A stretch of 63,663 bases of DNA, filler included, from Platydemus manokwari (lineage: Eukaryota): the NCBI GenBank assembly GCA_037951405.1. It is 6 parts of 6 records of this genome, joined end to end, with 100 filler letters (N's around TTAATTAATTAA, not from the genome) between each part and the next. Parts side by side here need not be neighbours in the genome. Positions count along the whole stretch, not along the records: positions 44,805 to 53,838 come from JBBMOY011310538.1; positions 53,939 to 63,663 come from JBBMOY011213100.1; 4 more parts are not named here. The stretch is one strand, 5' to 3'. Below the pieces are notes generated by a model that worked only from the letters and a program-made list of their open reading frames with translations, was not told where the DNA came from and did not search any database. The position numbers and the translations under genes were made by a program. Of the stretch, positions 52,270 to 63,663 are shown piece after piece (the stretch's first letter is position 1; every line of letters begins with the position of its first letter).

Positions 52270-52460
52270 CGACTGCTCCACACTATGTTTCGTCTCTCAA
52301 TTCTAAACTATTTAGTCAACTGCTGCGCTAAAAACAGGCCCGAGCCCAAAATCCTAACCCATCGATAAACAGCCAATCAATGATTAACTGATGATACGAA
52401 CAGCATCCCACGGTCTAAATCGCTCACGCGCGCGCATAAACCCTAACCCGATACTCTGTG
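52270..52460 (-). promoter_or_regulatory. Putative promoter of the zinc-finger gene
   Basis: Local GC/CpG-rich island immediately upstream of the ATG: GCGCGCGC (52428-52435), CCAAT (52373), CCTAACCC (52353-52360) and AAACCCTAACCC (52438-52449). Confidence 0.45.
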
Positions 52461-53838
52461 TTGAATATGAGTGTGTGCATACATCATGATAAATGACTGC
52501 AGTGGATCGATAATGAGAGAGATGGCTCGACGCCGTCAGAATCAGAATAGCTTGGTGTCAGGTCCACTAAATAACCAACGACGTCATACAAACATGACTA
52601 CAGGCTCCTTTATCATATGTGGTACCATAATTGCTACATACATACAAGCATTATCCAATCAGACAGAAGATAAAAAGAAGAGTGATCAAGTTATTACAGA
52701 ATCTGTGTGTAGTCTGTATTGTTAATGGTTAGGACTCGAAAGCTTTAATCAATACAGTATCATACTGCGACTGAAGTTGAGTCATATAATGATGACCCAG
52801 AATATAATTCGAACATCCTAGTAATAACACAAATTAATCACCAAACATCACCCTTTCCTAAACAATACAAAGATGGTTAAAAATTGATCAAAATCCGACT
52901 GTCGTGAATCGAAACAATATAGAAACAGTATCGGAGTAATTAAAATAATTATATTAATTGGTTATTGTAAATACCATACCACATTGTTTTCAACGACACA
53001 AAAATAAAATCAAACAGATTCCACGCTTTTTACCCACTATGAGCAATTTAATAATTTTGCGGGAATTAAAATTTTATCTCCACAACCTAACCAAAATAAA
53101 CCAACATATGGTAGATTATTGCGTATGGAAATTATAAACTCTTTGATGGGAAAATACCAATATCACGATTCATATATCAATATTTAAAAAGACTTGTGTC
53201 ACGATGAATAGAGATTATTTTAATATGATCCGCCTTAAAAAAAGATGCCATTCGATTGATAGATTGCCAATTCAGATGAAATTATTTTGACAAATATTCA
53301 ATATTTTGTTATCAAATATTTTTCAAACGATTCGAATAATGAATAAGCCACGTTGAAGAAACACGAATATATATCAATTTCTAATAATACGAAAACTATT
53401 TCGCAAAGTGCAGCTTTACCCATAATAAAACAAAATCGATGATAAAAATTACTGAATTACAAGACAGATGTATGGATCAGTCTGGGAAATTTGAATCAAT
53501 TTATTTACTGTAAAAACCAAGTTGCTACTAAGAGACCATCGATTATATGGCAAAAAATTTCCCAAATCAACTCAATTATATATTTGCTCAAAAATAGCCA
53601 GTTACAGAAATATAACTTATTTAATAATATCAAGAAAGCTTAGTATTTTTTTCCATAATTATATCACCAGAAAAATTATCCGAAATAATAATAAAAATGC
53701 CAAGATTTAATGGATATTCCAAATTTCTTGACTTGCTAATAAGTATCCATTAAATATTAATAGGTTATGGCAGAAAAAACTTCACTTTTACATTAAAAAT
53801 TGTTGGTAAATACAAATTATCATTATTATATTAATAAA

Positions 53839-53938
53839 NNNNNNNNNNNNNNNNNNNNNNNNNNNNNNNNNNNNNNNNNNNNTTAATTAATTAANNNNNN
53901 NNNNNNNNNNNNNNNNNNNNNNNNNNNNNNNNNNNNNN
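53839..53938. other. Artificial assembly spacer
   Basis: 44 N + TTAATTAATTAA + 44 N. Confidence 0.98.
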
Positions 53939-55473
53939 TAATGATTTTAGTTAAATATTAACAGTTTAAATATGCAATGCAAAAACGGCCATTATTTTCC
54001 CAACAACCTAATACAAGAAAAAATCGCCAAAAATTGCGATGTCTATGGTTGTTCAGACACTTTATCAACAGCAGTCACAGTCGATTAAAAATTTCTCAAG
54101 AAGTGTTAAAATTTCTGTGTTTGGGATAAATACAGATAATAAGAATGAGGTTTTGTTTTGTGTTTAATTATTTAGTTTGGTTTTCATAACTTGTATATTT
54201 ACTTTATGTTGTTTTTCCTTTATAACTGCCAGATATTTGTGTTTTACTTGCTAACTATAAATAAGTCTATATATCTCATGTTATATTTTAATGTAGGATT
54301 GATTACCAACTCAATGCAACCAATATTCTACAGATTTTTAGCTTTCCAATCTCCCAAGTTCTCAAACTGTAATATTAAATATTTGACACCTTTCCTAAAT
54401 TTTCTTGTCCATGTAATTGCACTAATGGAAAATTTATTATTAAATGTACTTTTAAAAAAATATACGATAAGCTTAATCTTTCATTTATAACTGTCATTAA
54501 TGTTTACGTATACTGTTATTCAATAGATACTGTCTTTTCTACACTAAAATACTTTTTTAAAAAATGATACACAGTTAGATCGATTCAATCAACATGGAAT
54601 TCTATCTGAAATTATTAAATTAAATATTATGGCAAAAGATAATGATTTAATTTTCTCAATTAGATATTGATATTTATACACAACAACGTGTATCTTTATT
54701 CTTATGTTTATCATTGTGTTCAATACTTTTTATGGATAAATCTGTTCGAAAGTTTAACTCTAGAATTCATATATAACAACTATTCAAGGAGAAATTTTAG
54801 AAATTTCGAAATTAAAAAATGAATTATGTTTTAAAATTGAGAGGTTGAAATTCAAAATCAATTTCGAGAATAAACTGCTGAAATGATATCAAAATTGGTA
54901 TTTTTAGTAAATAAAATTGTATTGTTTATATAATTTACAGAATTATTTTGGATTAAAGACAAATCTACGTAAATATGGCTGTAAAATGAATTGCGAAATT
55001 ATGATCAATGTAATTGCAATGTTAGTTTATAATATAATCATTTTCAGTATTTATTTAGTGAAAATATCCAAAACATAAATGTATAATAAAAACCATGGAT
55101 TTAAATAATGATAATAAGCTTCAAATATTAACATAGAAAGGTGCTATGATTTGAGAGAGAAAAATCAACAGGCTGTTACAATATTGGTGATTTTACATTA
55201 GGGATCAATCATTCATTTAATAATAACAAAGGATATAGGAATTTATTTTCAGACTGCGACTACAAGACAAATAAAACAGATGACAGTTCAAATACAAACT
55301 TAATAAAGTCACATACACAAGTTATGAAAATGAAAATTAATAAATGAAAAAATAAAATAATAACCGAAAAAATCAATAATTAAATAAAAAAACCTCGAAT
55401 AAATATTAAAAAAATTTTAATCAAACTTTACTTAAACTATGCTTATTCAAAAAAATTTATCTGAATCATTTGT

Positions 55474-57111
55474 TTAATGAGTATTTTTGATGTATTTTAA
55501 AAACTTTATCTTTCCTTCTAAAAGTAATGTCGAGATTATCAATCGTGCACGTTTCGAACAAATAAAAATCATCATTAGAAAAAATCCTTCTAGGTTTTCT
55601 ATGAGAGATATCGTGACAATAAAGATTAAATCTCCGATAATGTAGGCAATAAATTCTAGAACATATATCAAACCGAAAATAACAGTCAGTCTCATACAAA
55701 CCCACAAGGTTGTGTAAGATTTTTGTTTTTGAACTAATTTAGATTGTAATCGCGATTTTATCAATTGATATGAGATCGATATACAAACACACAGATTCCA
55801 TAAAAGTATTAAAAAAACTAGTATATGGTGCCATATTAACCATCCATAACCATGTCCGAACCAGCAATATTTTTCTCCGTAACGCGGCTTAATTGTAGAA
55901 TTGATATGAGCCGTGTATTCAATGATTGTCGATGTTCCAACAACTACACTTACACTGCCGCATCCTACAAGAAAATAAATACCAATTTTTTTGCATTTCT
56001 TACTTCTTTGAATTTTCATTGATTTGAAAACAAATGTCTGAAGCAAATCAAAAGCATAAATCGCCATCCAAACAAATGTACTCAGTGATATAAAATGCAG
56101 AATAATAGCAAGATACTTACAAACTGGAGACTGTCTGACATTCAAATCATTAACGAATAAAGAAAACAAATTTTTCATCAATAAACAAAAACTCAAACAA
56201 ATCGTTAAATAACCTTGAACGTTGTGAAATATTTTCTGTGTTGTGTATAATAAAATTAAAATTAAAAGCGAAACGATTGAAAAACATCTGAATGCAAACG
56301 ATATATAATAAATAATATCTCTTCTTTTCAATTTATCACCATTACTACTAGGATCTTGATGTCTATCAATTTCGTTATAATCTATAAGATTTAAAAAGTG
56401 CGAATACGACAAGTTCATTTCTTTAGGATTCTGGGCTCCTTTTGTTATGGGCACAATATATATCGATTCTTTTTTCCAACATTGACTACAATATTTATTT
56501 CTATAAATTTTATCTTTTGATTTGACATGACTTAGTTGTCTCGTTTCACATTTACTTGTAGTGCTATCATTATTACCAATGAAACTGGAAGGACAAGATC
56601 TAATATAATTCTTTAGACACAATCGTGTTTCATTTTCGATGTAGCTGAAATATAATATACATCCCCAGTTGTGTTTAATAAATAAAATCAATGCTTTAAA
56701 CTTATCATTTGCGGTACTATTCTGACATTTCACATACCAAGGAACTTCAGAGAAATCTTTTACGTCATTGCACAATGCACAAAACCTATTTTTAAAAAAA
56801 ATACTTTTTTTTGTTTTCACTGGAAAATATCTCCAAATTTGGGGTTTATTTATAATTGGCTTTTCACAATTTCTGAGATATCTGTGATTTCTATTTCGAC
56901 ATTTATCAACCTCCCAAAAGTTTCTTGGCCAAATTCTGCAGGTGATAATATCAGATAAAGTTCCAGAGTGATTGAATTTATCGTGACCAGGACAACAACC
57001 TGCATAACCAATGCATTTTTTATCATGATGGCAATACTTATCATGTTCTTGACAAAAGCATCCACATTGATAGAATAGAACCATGATTGTGATGACTTTA
57101 AACAAATACAT
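55474..57111 (-). CDS. Intronless family-B (secretin/adhesion/Methuselah-like) GPCR with Cys-rich ectodomain, 545 aa
   Basis: Signal peptide, Cys-rich N-terminus with two NxxCxxC motifs (KNRFCALCN, RNKYCSQCW), and seven hydrophobic segments with CKYLAIILHFISLSTFVWM, PRYG..CW and LEGFFL motifs. Confidence 0.88.
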   Translation of the reverse strand: MYLFKVITIMVLFYQCGCFCQEHDKYCHHDKKCIGYAGCCPGHDKFNHSGTLSDIITCRIWPRNFWEVDKCRNRNHRYLRNCEKPIINKPQIWRYFPVKTKKSIFFKNRFCALCNDVKDFSEVPWYVKCQNSTANDKFKALILFIKHNWGCILYFSYIENETRLCLKNYIRSCPSSFIGNNDSTTSKCETRQLSHVKSKDKIYRNKYCSQCWKKESIYIVPITKGAQNPKEMNLSYSHFLNLIDYNEIDRHQDPSSNGDKLKRRDIIYYISFAFRCFSIVSLLILILLYTTQKIFHNVQGYLTICLSFCLLMKNLFSLFVNDLNVRQSPVCKYLAIILHFISLSTFVWMAIYAFDLLQTFVFKSMKIQRSKKCKKIGIYFLVGCGSVSVVVGTSTIIEYTAHINSTIKPRYGEKYCWFGHGYGWLIWHHILVFLILLWNLCVCISISYQLIKSRLQSKLVQKQKSYTTLWVCMRLTVIFGLIYVLEFIAYIIGDLIFIVTISLIENLEGFFLMMIFICSKRARLIISTLLLEGKIKFLKYIKNTH

Positions 57112-57800
57112 TATCGTAAATTAGAATTTTTAAAATGAAAAGAAAATCATAATTGATTCCTTTTAAGTGCCAACAATACAGCATACATTGCTGTGACTTG
57201 CTTATCTATAGGATAGAAATATGTCGCCAATAAATAAATGAGTTATTGATTCTACTCTTACTTGTTTACTGTTACATTATTCCGTTGTTATAATTTTCAA
57301 AAATAAACTATAAAGAATATCAACGAAATATTTGACTGAAACCAGATTAAACATTTATCGGGAATTATATGATTTAACCGTTAAGGAATGAAATTATTAT
57401 GATAATCAAGTCGAATTGTACATAAATAATAAATAAAAAATGATCTACAATGCAAATACCGATATGAAAACGAATAAAAATAATAATTTAATAAAAATGC
57501 TATAATTGTTAAAAATGAAATAAGTTCTGGTTACAAATTTCGGCAGGCGTTTTTGTGAAACCTTTTTCTTTGAAGTCATCCACTTATTATTTTTCCACAA
57601 TTGTGCATTCTCAACTGGTTTGATGAATTCTGAACATTTTATTGTAGAGTCTATCCTTACAATAAAAATTACTTGGAATGATCGATAACAATAAAGAAAA
57701 TAAAATAGAAAATGCTATGACAACTGATAAACAAAAGAGGACAAATAAGTAGTAATAATTGTCATACAAACTGTAACTTTATATTGATAAATAAAATTTC

Positions 57801-57845
<45 letters not shown>
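57801..57845. repeat. (AAT)n microsatellite
   Basis: About 15 perfect AAT units. Confidence 0.95.
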
Positions 57846-58499
57846 CTCTTTAATAATATCTTAAAATTCCAATATGTACCATCGACATTGTCAATATCGG
57901 CTTGATACAGATACTGAGCAATATGATCAGTTTTGGAAATTTATAAAATGAAAGAAATATTTCAAGCTAAGTTATTAAAATTTTGAAATTATAATTTTAT
58001 TTAATCGATTTGTTTAAAAATTGCTCAGCAGACTGAAAATTAAATTTATAAAAATCAATTTATTATTTTTAATTCATTGTCAAGCACATGTAGAACTCCT
58101 GGCAAAAGAAGACAAAATTAGTTTATTAAATTTTGTGATAGGATTAAAAAATAATGCTTATATTTAATTAAATCTGATAGAAAATAAACCTGTACTATGT
58201 TATTTGTTTTAAATTAGATAATTTGTCCTGACAATTTTGATAGATGTCAGATTATGGATGTTGAAATGGTTTTTCTGTTAACATGTCTTGTGCTTACATT
58301 TGATCATTTTGGCTTGTGAAATAAAGATATTCAAAAAAAATTAAAATAATTTCTGTATTATTTTGTTATTCCAGTTAAAATGCAGTTGATTATTTTGATT
58401 TAAACAAATTTTTATATTCTCAAATTAAATATTAGATGTTTCATATTGCTTCTTATTATAGAACTTATAATGTTTTCCATTAATTTTCTCTAAAATCTT

Positions 58500-61400
58500 G
58501 AATCTACACATCTTTTACTAAATGGATAATAATAATTATATCACCAACTGATAATTCAAGGGAATATTTCCTCCAGATATGCTATTCTCCTTGCTTCACT
58601 ATTTGATTTTTATTATATTTCTGCACTTCTGCCAAAATTTTCATATGATGATTCATAAAATTATCCATAGTTTTCCTTTTATATAGCCTTTTATCATTAA
58701 TGAATAGCCACGATTTTGACCTGTTTATGGCGAATATTTCATAGATTTGTGAGGTCACATTCGTAATCTATATTCAGTGTCCCTTATAGCATTATCCCAG
58801 CATAAGTGATTCTTCAATGATGTTGCATTCAGGCTTATCATGGTTTTAAAATTTTCCTCAATTAGCCCATTTGACTGTGGGTAATATGAGGAAGAAAATG
58901 TTGTCTTTATTTCCATACTGGAGCATAATTCAGATATCAATGTTGCATGAAAATTTTTTTTCGTTGTCCAGGTTTTTAAACTTTGTATCGCCAAATTTGA
59001 TTATCCCTAGCTACGTTTTCAGTATTGATATGATTTATTTGGATAAGCGATACATATTTGGAAAAATAATCTATGATACCTGGTATAAACTGGTTTTCTT
59101 GCTTCAATGCAGAATATGGGCCTGCAAAATCGATGACAATAATTTTGAACGCCTTATTTTTAATTATTGATTGAAATTTAGTTTTATTTCTTCCAATAAT
59201 TTCCTTAGCTGATGAGCACTCAACAGACAAATTCGTAAAATGTATTCTATGGCCTAACTAATAAAATTCATTTTTAACAACTTCCTCTATCTCACCATGT
59301 TTTAATTTTTCATAAATCATTGAAGCACAAGCCTGAACATTACACTGAGGTTTTACATGCCGGTAAATGCCTTGCTTATTATAGTATAATACATTACTTC
59401 AAGTTTTAATGTACTCCTTCTATTATCACATATTAAAGTGAAATTTTTGATAAATCTATAGCACTTCCGCTGAGGATTGCATTTATCACTATTTTCCGTT
59501 CTTCATCTTCACTCTAATCTAAAAATTGTTTTGTTCCACTATATACAAATCTTGTTATTCATCTATATTCATCTTTGTTACAAGATGCATCACTTTTTTC
59601 ATAATCCATCTTTTTATTATGACTTGTTTGTGGGTTATGATGTTTCATAAAGTATTTTTCACAATGAGGAAATTTCTATAATCTATCTCTATATCAAACA
59701 TTTCTAGGTCTGCTTTTCATACACAGTAATTCTTTTCTTGTTATGCTATATTTACGCTGCGCTTTTGTCATTGTTCTTGATGTTTATGCAATCACTCGTT
59801 CTTCACCTTTTGTATTTGAGAAAGCACAGCTTTGAAAGCACAGAAAGACGCATCAGTATCTGAAACATATTTCCCTTATGTACATGTTAAACTCATGGCA
59901 AAATTAAGAACATGTTCAATATGTGCAAAGATGCAGTTACTAAATCGTTATACTCAACTTTATTCTCTTTCTTCTGAAATCGGCATAATTTAACCATACT
60001 ATCTCAGAGATTCCTGTAGTCTCTTGACACCTTGGGGTTGTAACACATTTTTTATCGTCCTAATCTTGTCTTCCTTTGTTTGTATTCTGTTTACACCAAT
60101 TACATATCTTTAATACTTATTTTCTTTTATTAAGAAATAACACTTCTTTTGATCCATATTTATCGAGCCTCATTGATTCGATTCAAAACTCTTTTTAACG
60201 TTTTAATAAGTTCATTGACTGTTCTTTCAAATGCTCTTCCAAATATCAGAATATCATCAAGATAAATTATAAAGTTTTAAGTCTTCAATATTACATTCAT
60301 AACTTTCGGATAAGTCGCAGGTGCTGAACATAATTCAAAAGGCATTCCATTAAACTCAAACTGTCTATATCTAATTTTAAATGTTGATTTTTCTTTTGGT
60401 TCTTCCTTCAAATCCATTTGATGATATTCGTTCGCCAAATCTATTGTTAAAATTATCTGGCTCTTTGTACAGCATCAAATATTTTTTAATAGAATTCGGT
60501 ATGGAAATAAATAGTCTAGACTTAGCTGCATTTAGTTTCCTATAATCTACGCTTATTCTAGTCGATTCTTTCTTTCTTTAACTAGCATTATAAGGATATT
60601 TCACGCTGAATTACTTGGACTAATAACGTTTGATTCCAACATTCCATCGATTAAATGTTTAACTTCTTTTTGTAACCTACGAGGTTTGACAGCTATTGGT
60701 TGGCCAGTGTTTATATTGATACTATGTTTCACCATCTCACGTTCTCTGGACTATTTCTATATTTCAATAGAACCCTCATAAAATTATTTATATTCCCAGG
60801 ATTCAGTTTATCTTTAAGTTCTGTTCAATAATTTTTTGTTGAGTAATTATAAACAATAAATAAGACTTGACTTCTTTTCGAAGGTAAATATATTCCTCGG
60901 TGTATTTATCAATACACAAATTTCAAAATCTCAACCCAAATTGGCTTCCAATTGGTAGTGGTCTATTACAACTACAATTTGTTGTATTATTTTACCAGTT
61001 ATTCCAATTTTTACTATAGTCCGCCCACAATTTGTGCTACCGATCCTAATATTTTTTGATGCTTTCTTCTTCCTAAACTATACTGTCTTCTTTTTGTTTT
61101 AGAAAGTCTCTTGATACTATAGTCATCTTTGATCCTGAGTCAATAATTGCGTCAACTTACCTGTTATTTAAATTAATCAGTGTGGAAAGTGTTCGGTCTT
61201 TATGTCCGAGTATCATGTATACGTGTGAACTAGGTATCACTAGGTGATTTCTTCTCTCTCCATTTTTTTGATTTCTGGGGTTTCCTTCAAGATTGGTTTA
61301 ATGTCTTTTAATTCAGTTAAAGGTGAAATGGTGGTGGTAGTTTAAATGTTTGTAGTATAAATAATTCATTAGAAATGGGTTCGTTTTTCTTTGTAAAACG

Positions 61401-61558
61401 CTCTAGTTTTAATAGGGTTCTTAGTCTTATCAATTTGGTACCGATATTTCTGAATTTGTGATAATATTTTTGTCATTCCTTGAATTAAAATTACTATTTG
61501 CATCATTTAGTCGAGTATCATCTGAAATCAAAGATGTACTAAATTTTACTTTCCTTTT
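58500..61558 (-). mobile_element. Decayed Ty3/Gypsy LTR-retrotransposon internal region (PR-RT-RNaseH-INT)
   Basis: IIDSGS (~61130-61150), VDYRKLN (~60530-60555), IDLANEYHQ, MPFELCSAPATY, YLDDILIFG (~60238-60265), DTDAS (~59845-59862), integrase CSS..IDFAGP and SYYPQSNGLIE (~58858-58890). The RT-RH-INT order indicates Gypsy. Many stops and frameshifts. Confidence 0.92.
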
Positions 61559-61869
61559 TGTGGCGTTTATAATTTAATTAACGATTAATAATTTTAAAAA
61601 AATGTTTTTAATTAATAATATCAAAAATATTTAATATTTGTATTTATCTTGTCAAACCATTACTGTAACCTCTCAAAAATTTTTAAAAATTATTTATAAA
61701 ATTTATAATTACAATATTTTAAAAAATAATTTTCATATTAATGGTAATTTGAATTTTAGAGAAGGCTAAAAATAATAGAACATTTGTTTGAAAAATATGT
61801 AATATAAGAATATTTTTTTGCGCGTTAATAATTATGACTTTTGAATGAAACATTTAAAACGAAGAAGTG

Positions 61870-63505
61870 TTAGCAACTAACATTTTTATTTCTCATTTCA
61901 GATTTAATATTATTCATTTCTTCATATTGATAATTGATTATAAAAAATTTAGCTAAGAATCGTAGACAACCTAAAATTAATTTCCACGGACTGCCTACAT
62001 TGTTATATAGACGATAGGTAGATAGTACTCGTGCTAATAAAGCTTTTAGGAATGTAAACGAAACATACACTCCTATAAGTTCGGCACAAGCTTGCCTGAA
62101 GAATATGAATCTTCTTCAAATTTTTTGCATTATGTTTAGAGTTGCTTTGTTATAATGATCTGGACATAGTAATTATTCATAATTGCCTTGAAGGCTTCCC
62201 TTTGGTAGAATAGTATCAACGAATTCGGTTATTACGCGTTCACTCTTTGATGGGAAAAGTATGTTAAGTCTGTCTTCCTCCAAGTCCTCTGGTGAATATA
62301 TTCCAGTAGCAGCTAAATTCTTTAAGGATCTAAAACTTATTAAGTATTTCAATTTAGTTAATTCTTATTTTTCAGATGGTTTAACTATGTTACTATTTAG
62401 TAGTGCAATCCATTGATCGGGCGTTATTCTGTATAGCGATGCTAGAATAGCGTTGCATTCTAAATTCTTTGGTTTCGTTTCTTCTTCCAATATGATTCGA
62501 GCTATCGCTTCCACAAAACGTAATTTTTTGACTTAAATTAGGAGTTCTTTTGTGCATTTCTCGAAATTCATTTTTGTGCTGAGATTTACTTGCACCTGTA
62601 ACTATATAGTGCCTCATCTAAAACGAGATTTCAAAACTAAATATATCGTTTTCGGCAACTACTGCATTTGGATTTGTTAACGCCATCGTCATTCTATTGC
62701 AAAGAATTTCTCGGTTTAGTTTGCAATTGTTTAAAATAACTTCTTGATAAATATTAGCAACTGCATTTTGACCGAAATGAAAAGTATAGTCTAAAATTTT
62801 GTGCTATTTTGGCAATTTCTAGTTTCGTTTTTGATACATATAGTCTTTTATAGTGGGTCTGATACACTAATTTACCACATTCTGCTACTATGGCTTTTCT
62901 GAATAAGCGCATTCTGTCTTTGGTCAAAATTGACATAAAAACATTTGGAGTTCGCTTCGGCCTTTATCTTGTCTTTAGGTGTTCGATCGAAAGACAAGTT
63001 GTTAATAACTTCATTTACTCGTTCGGTCATAACTTTTATAAATTAGTTCCTTTAAGAAATGCCAAATTACAGTCTTGTGACCTTACTTTATATACTAATT
63101 CTGACTCAATGGGTTGGTAAATTAAGTGTTTTCCGTTGCAGAATGAATGAGTTTGCTTTTTTTCGTTTAGTTCTATGTGGTTAAATCTATATAATTCTCC
63201 TTTACATTCTCCATAGGATTATACTGATCTCTAAACTACAATGGATTATTTCATAATGTACATTCTTTTCGCAGATAATCTTATTTTGAAGTTTATTTTT
63301 AATGTTGCAGTTTGAAAAGCTGCTTTGCAGTTGTTAGTGTCTATCTCTAACGGTCTGGGAATCGATGTATAACTTCTTTTGCTACAATGAAAAACAAAAG
63401 TTGTCTTCTTAATTAATAAGTTTTTTCAATTTCGGTTTTAGAGCAATAATATGCAATTAAGGTTCTAACTTCGTTTACGAAGCTAAATATTATTATCATC
63501 ATCAT
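61870..63505 (-). pseudogene. Decayed chuvirus-glycoprotein-like (class III fusogen) env gene
   Basis: Colinear motifs across frameshifts: signal MMMIIIFSFVNEVRTLIAYYC, TTFVFHCSKRSY..CKAAFQT, ECGKLVYQTHYKRLYV, IYQEVILNNCKLNREILCNRMTMALTNP, EALYSYRC, CTKELLI..RFVEAIARII, ECNAILASLYRI..W, NLAATGIYSPEDLEEDRLNILFP, then a hydrophobic TM region and tail. Confidence 0.8.
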
Positions 63506-63663
63506 AAAAATTATTGCATTGATCCAAAAATTTAAGAATAACATTCCATTTTTTAATATTTTAATTTCCTTATGTTTGATTTAATTAAATATACTGGTCG
63601 ACAAGATGTTTAACCCGGTCTTAATTAGTATACATTAAGGCGTTTTCCCAATTATTATTGTTG

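Noticed and set aside
52380-52422. CTGATGA-TAC-GAAC minimal hammerhead-like motif
   Set aside because: GAAC instead of GAAA, and no stem III.
52705-52755. tRNA-like 5' half (AATGGTTAGGACTCG..)
   Set aside because: No T-arm/B-box or acceptor stem, so not a tRNA gene.

Overview
Very AT-rich eukaryotic genomic DNA with 45-50 nt GT-AG mini-introns. A freshwater planarian or other triclad flatworm is my inference; it is not proven. The window is six contigs of about 9-12 kb joined by identical artificial 100-nt spacers (44 N + TTAATTAATTAA + 44 N), so adjacency across gaps cannot be trusted. Host genes: a complete 4-exon TRAF gene, the 3' half of a mixed-lineage kinase (MLK), one nephrin-like Ig exon, about 2090 codons of a nesprin/MSP-300-like spectrin-repeat gene (with a 4-kb exon and candidate microexons), the 3' part of RINT1, an intronless 9-finger C2H2 gene apparently nested in a RINT1 intron, and an intronless Cys-rich secretin/Methuselah-like GPCR. 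Mobile DNA: two decayed Ty3/Gypsy pol regions, a non-LTR RT fragment and several MITEs. The most notable signal is fragmented by stops and frameshifts and is barely visible in the ORF track. Each Gypsy pol region lies next to a decayed class III viral fusion-glycoprotein (env) gene: a nearly full-length chuvirus-glycoprotein-like one at 61870-63505 and a more herpesvirus-gB-like one at about 1550-2463. This suggests env-bearing, potentially infectious LTR retroelements in this lineage. All family assignments come from motif recognition by eye; no searches were run.
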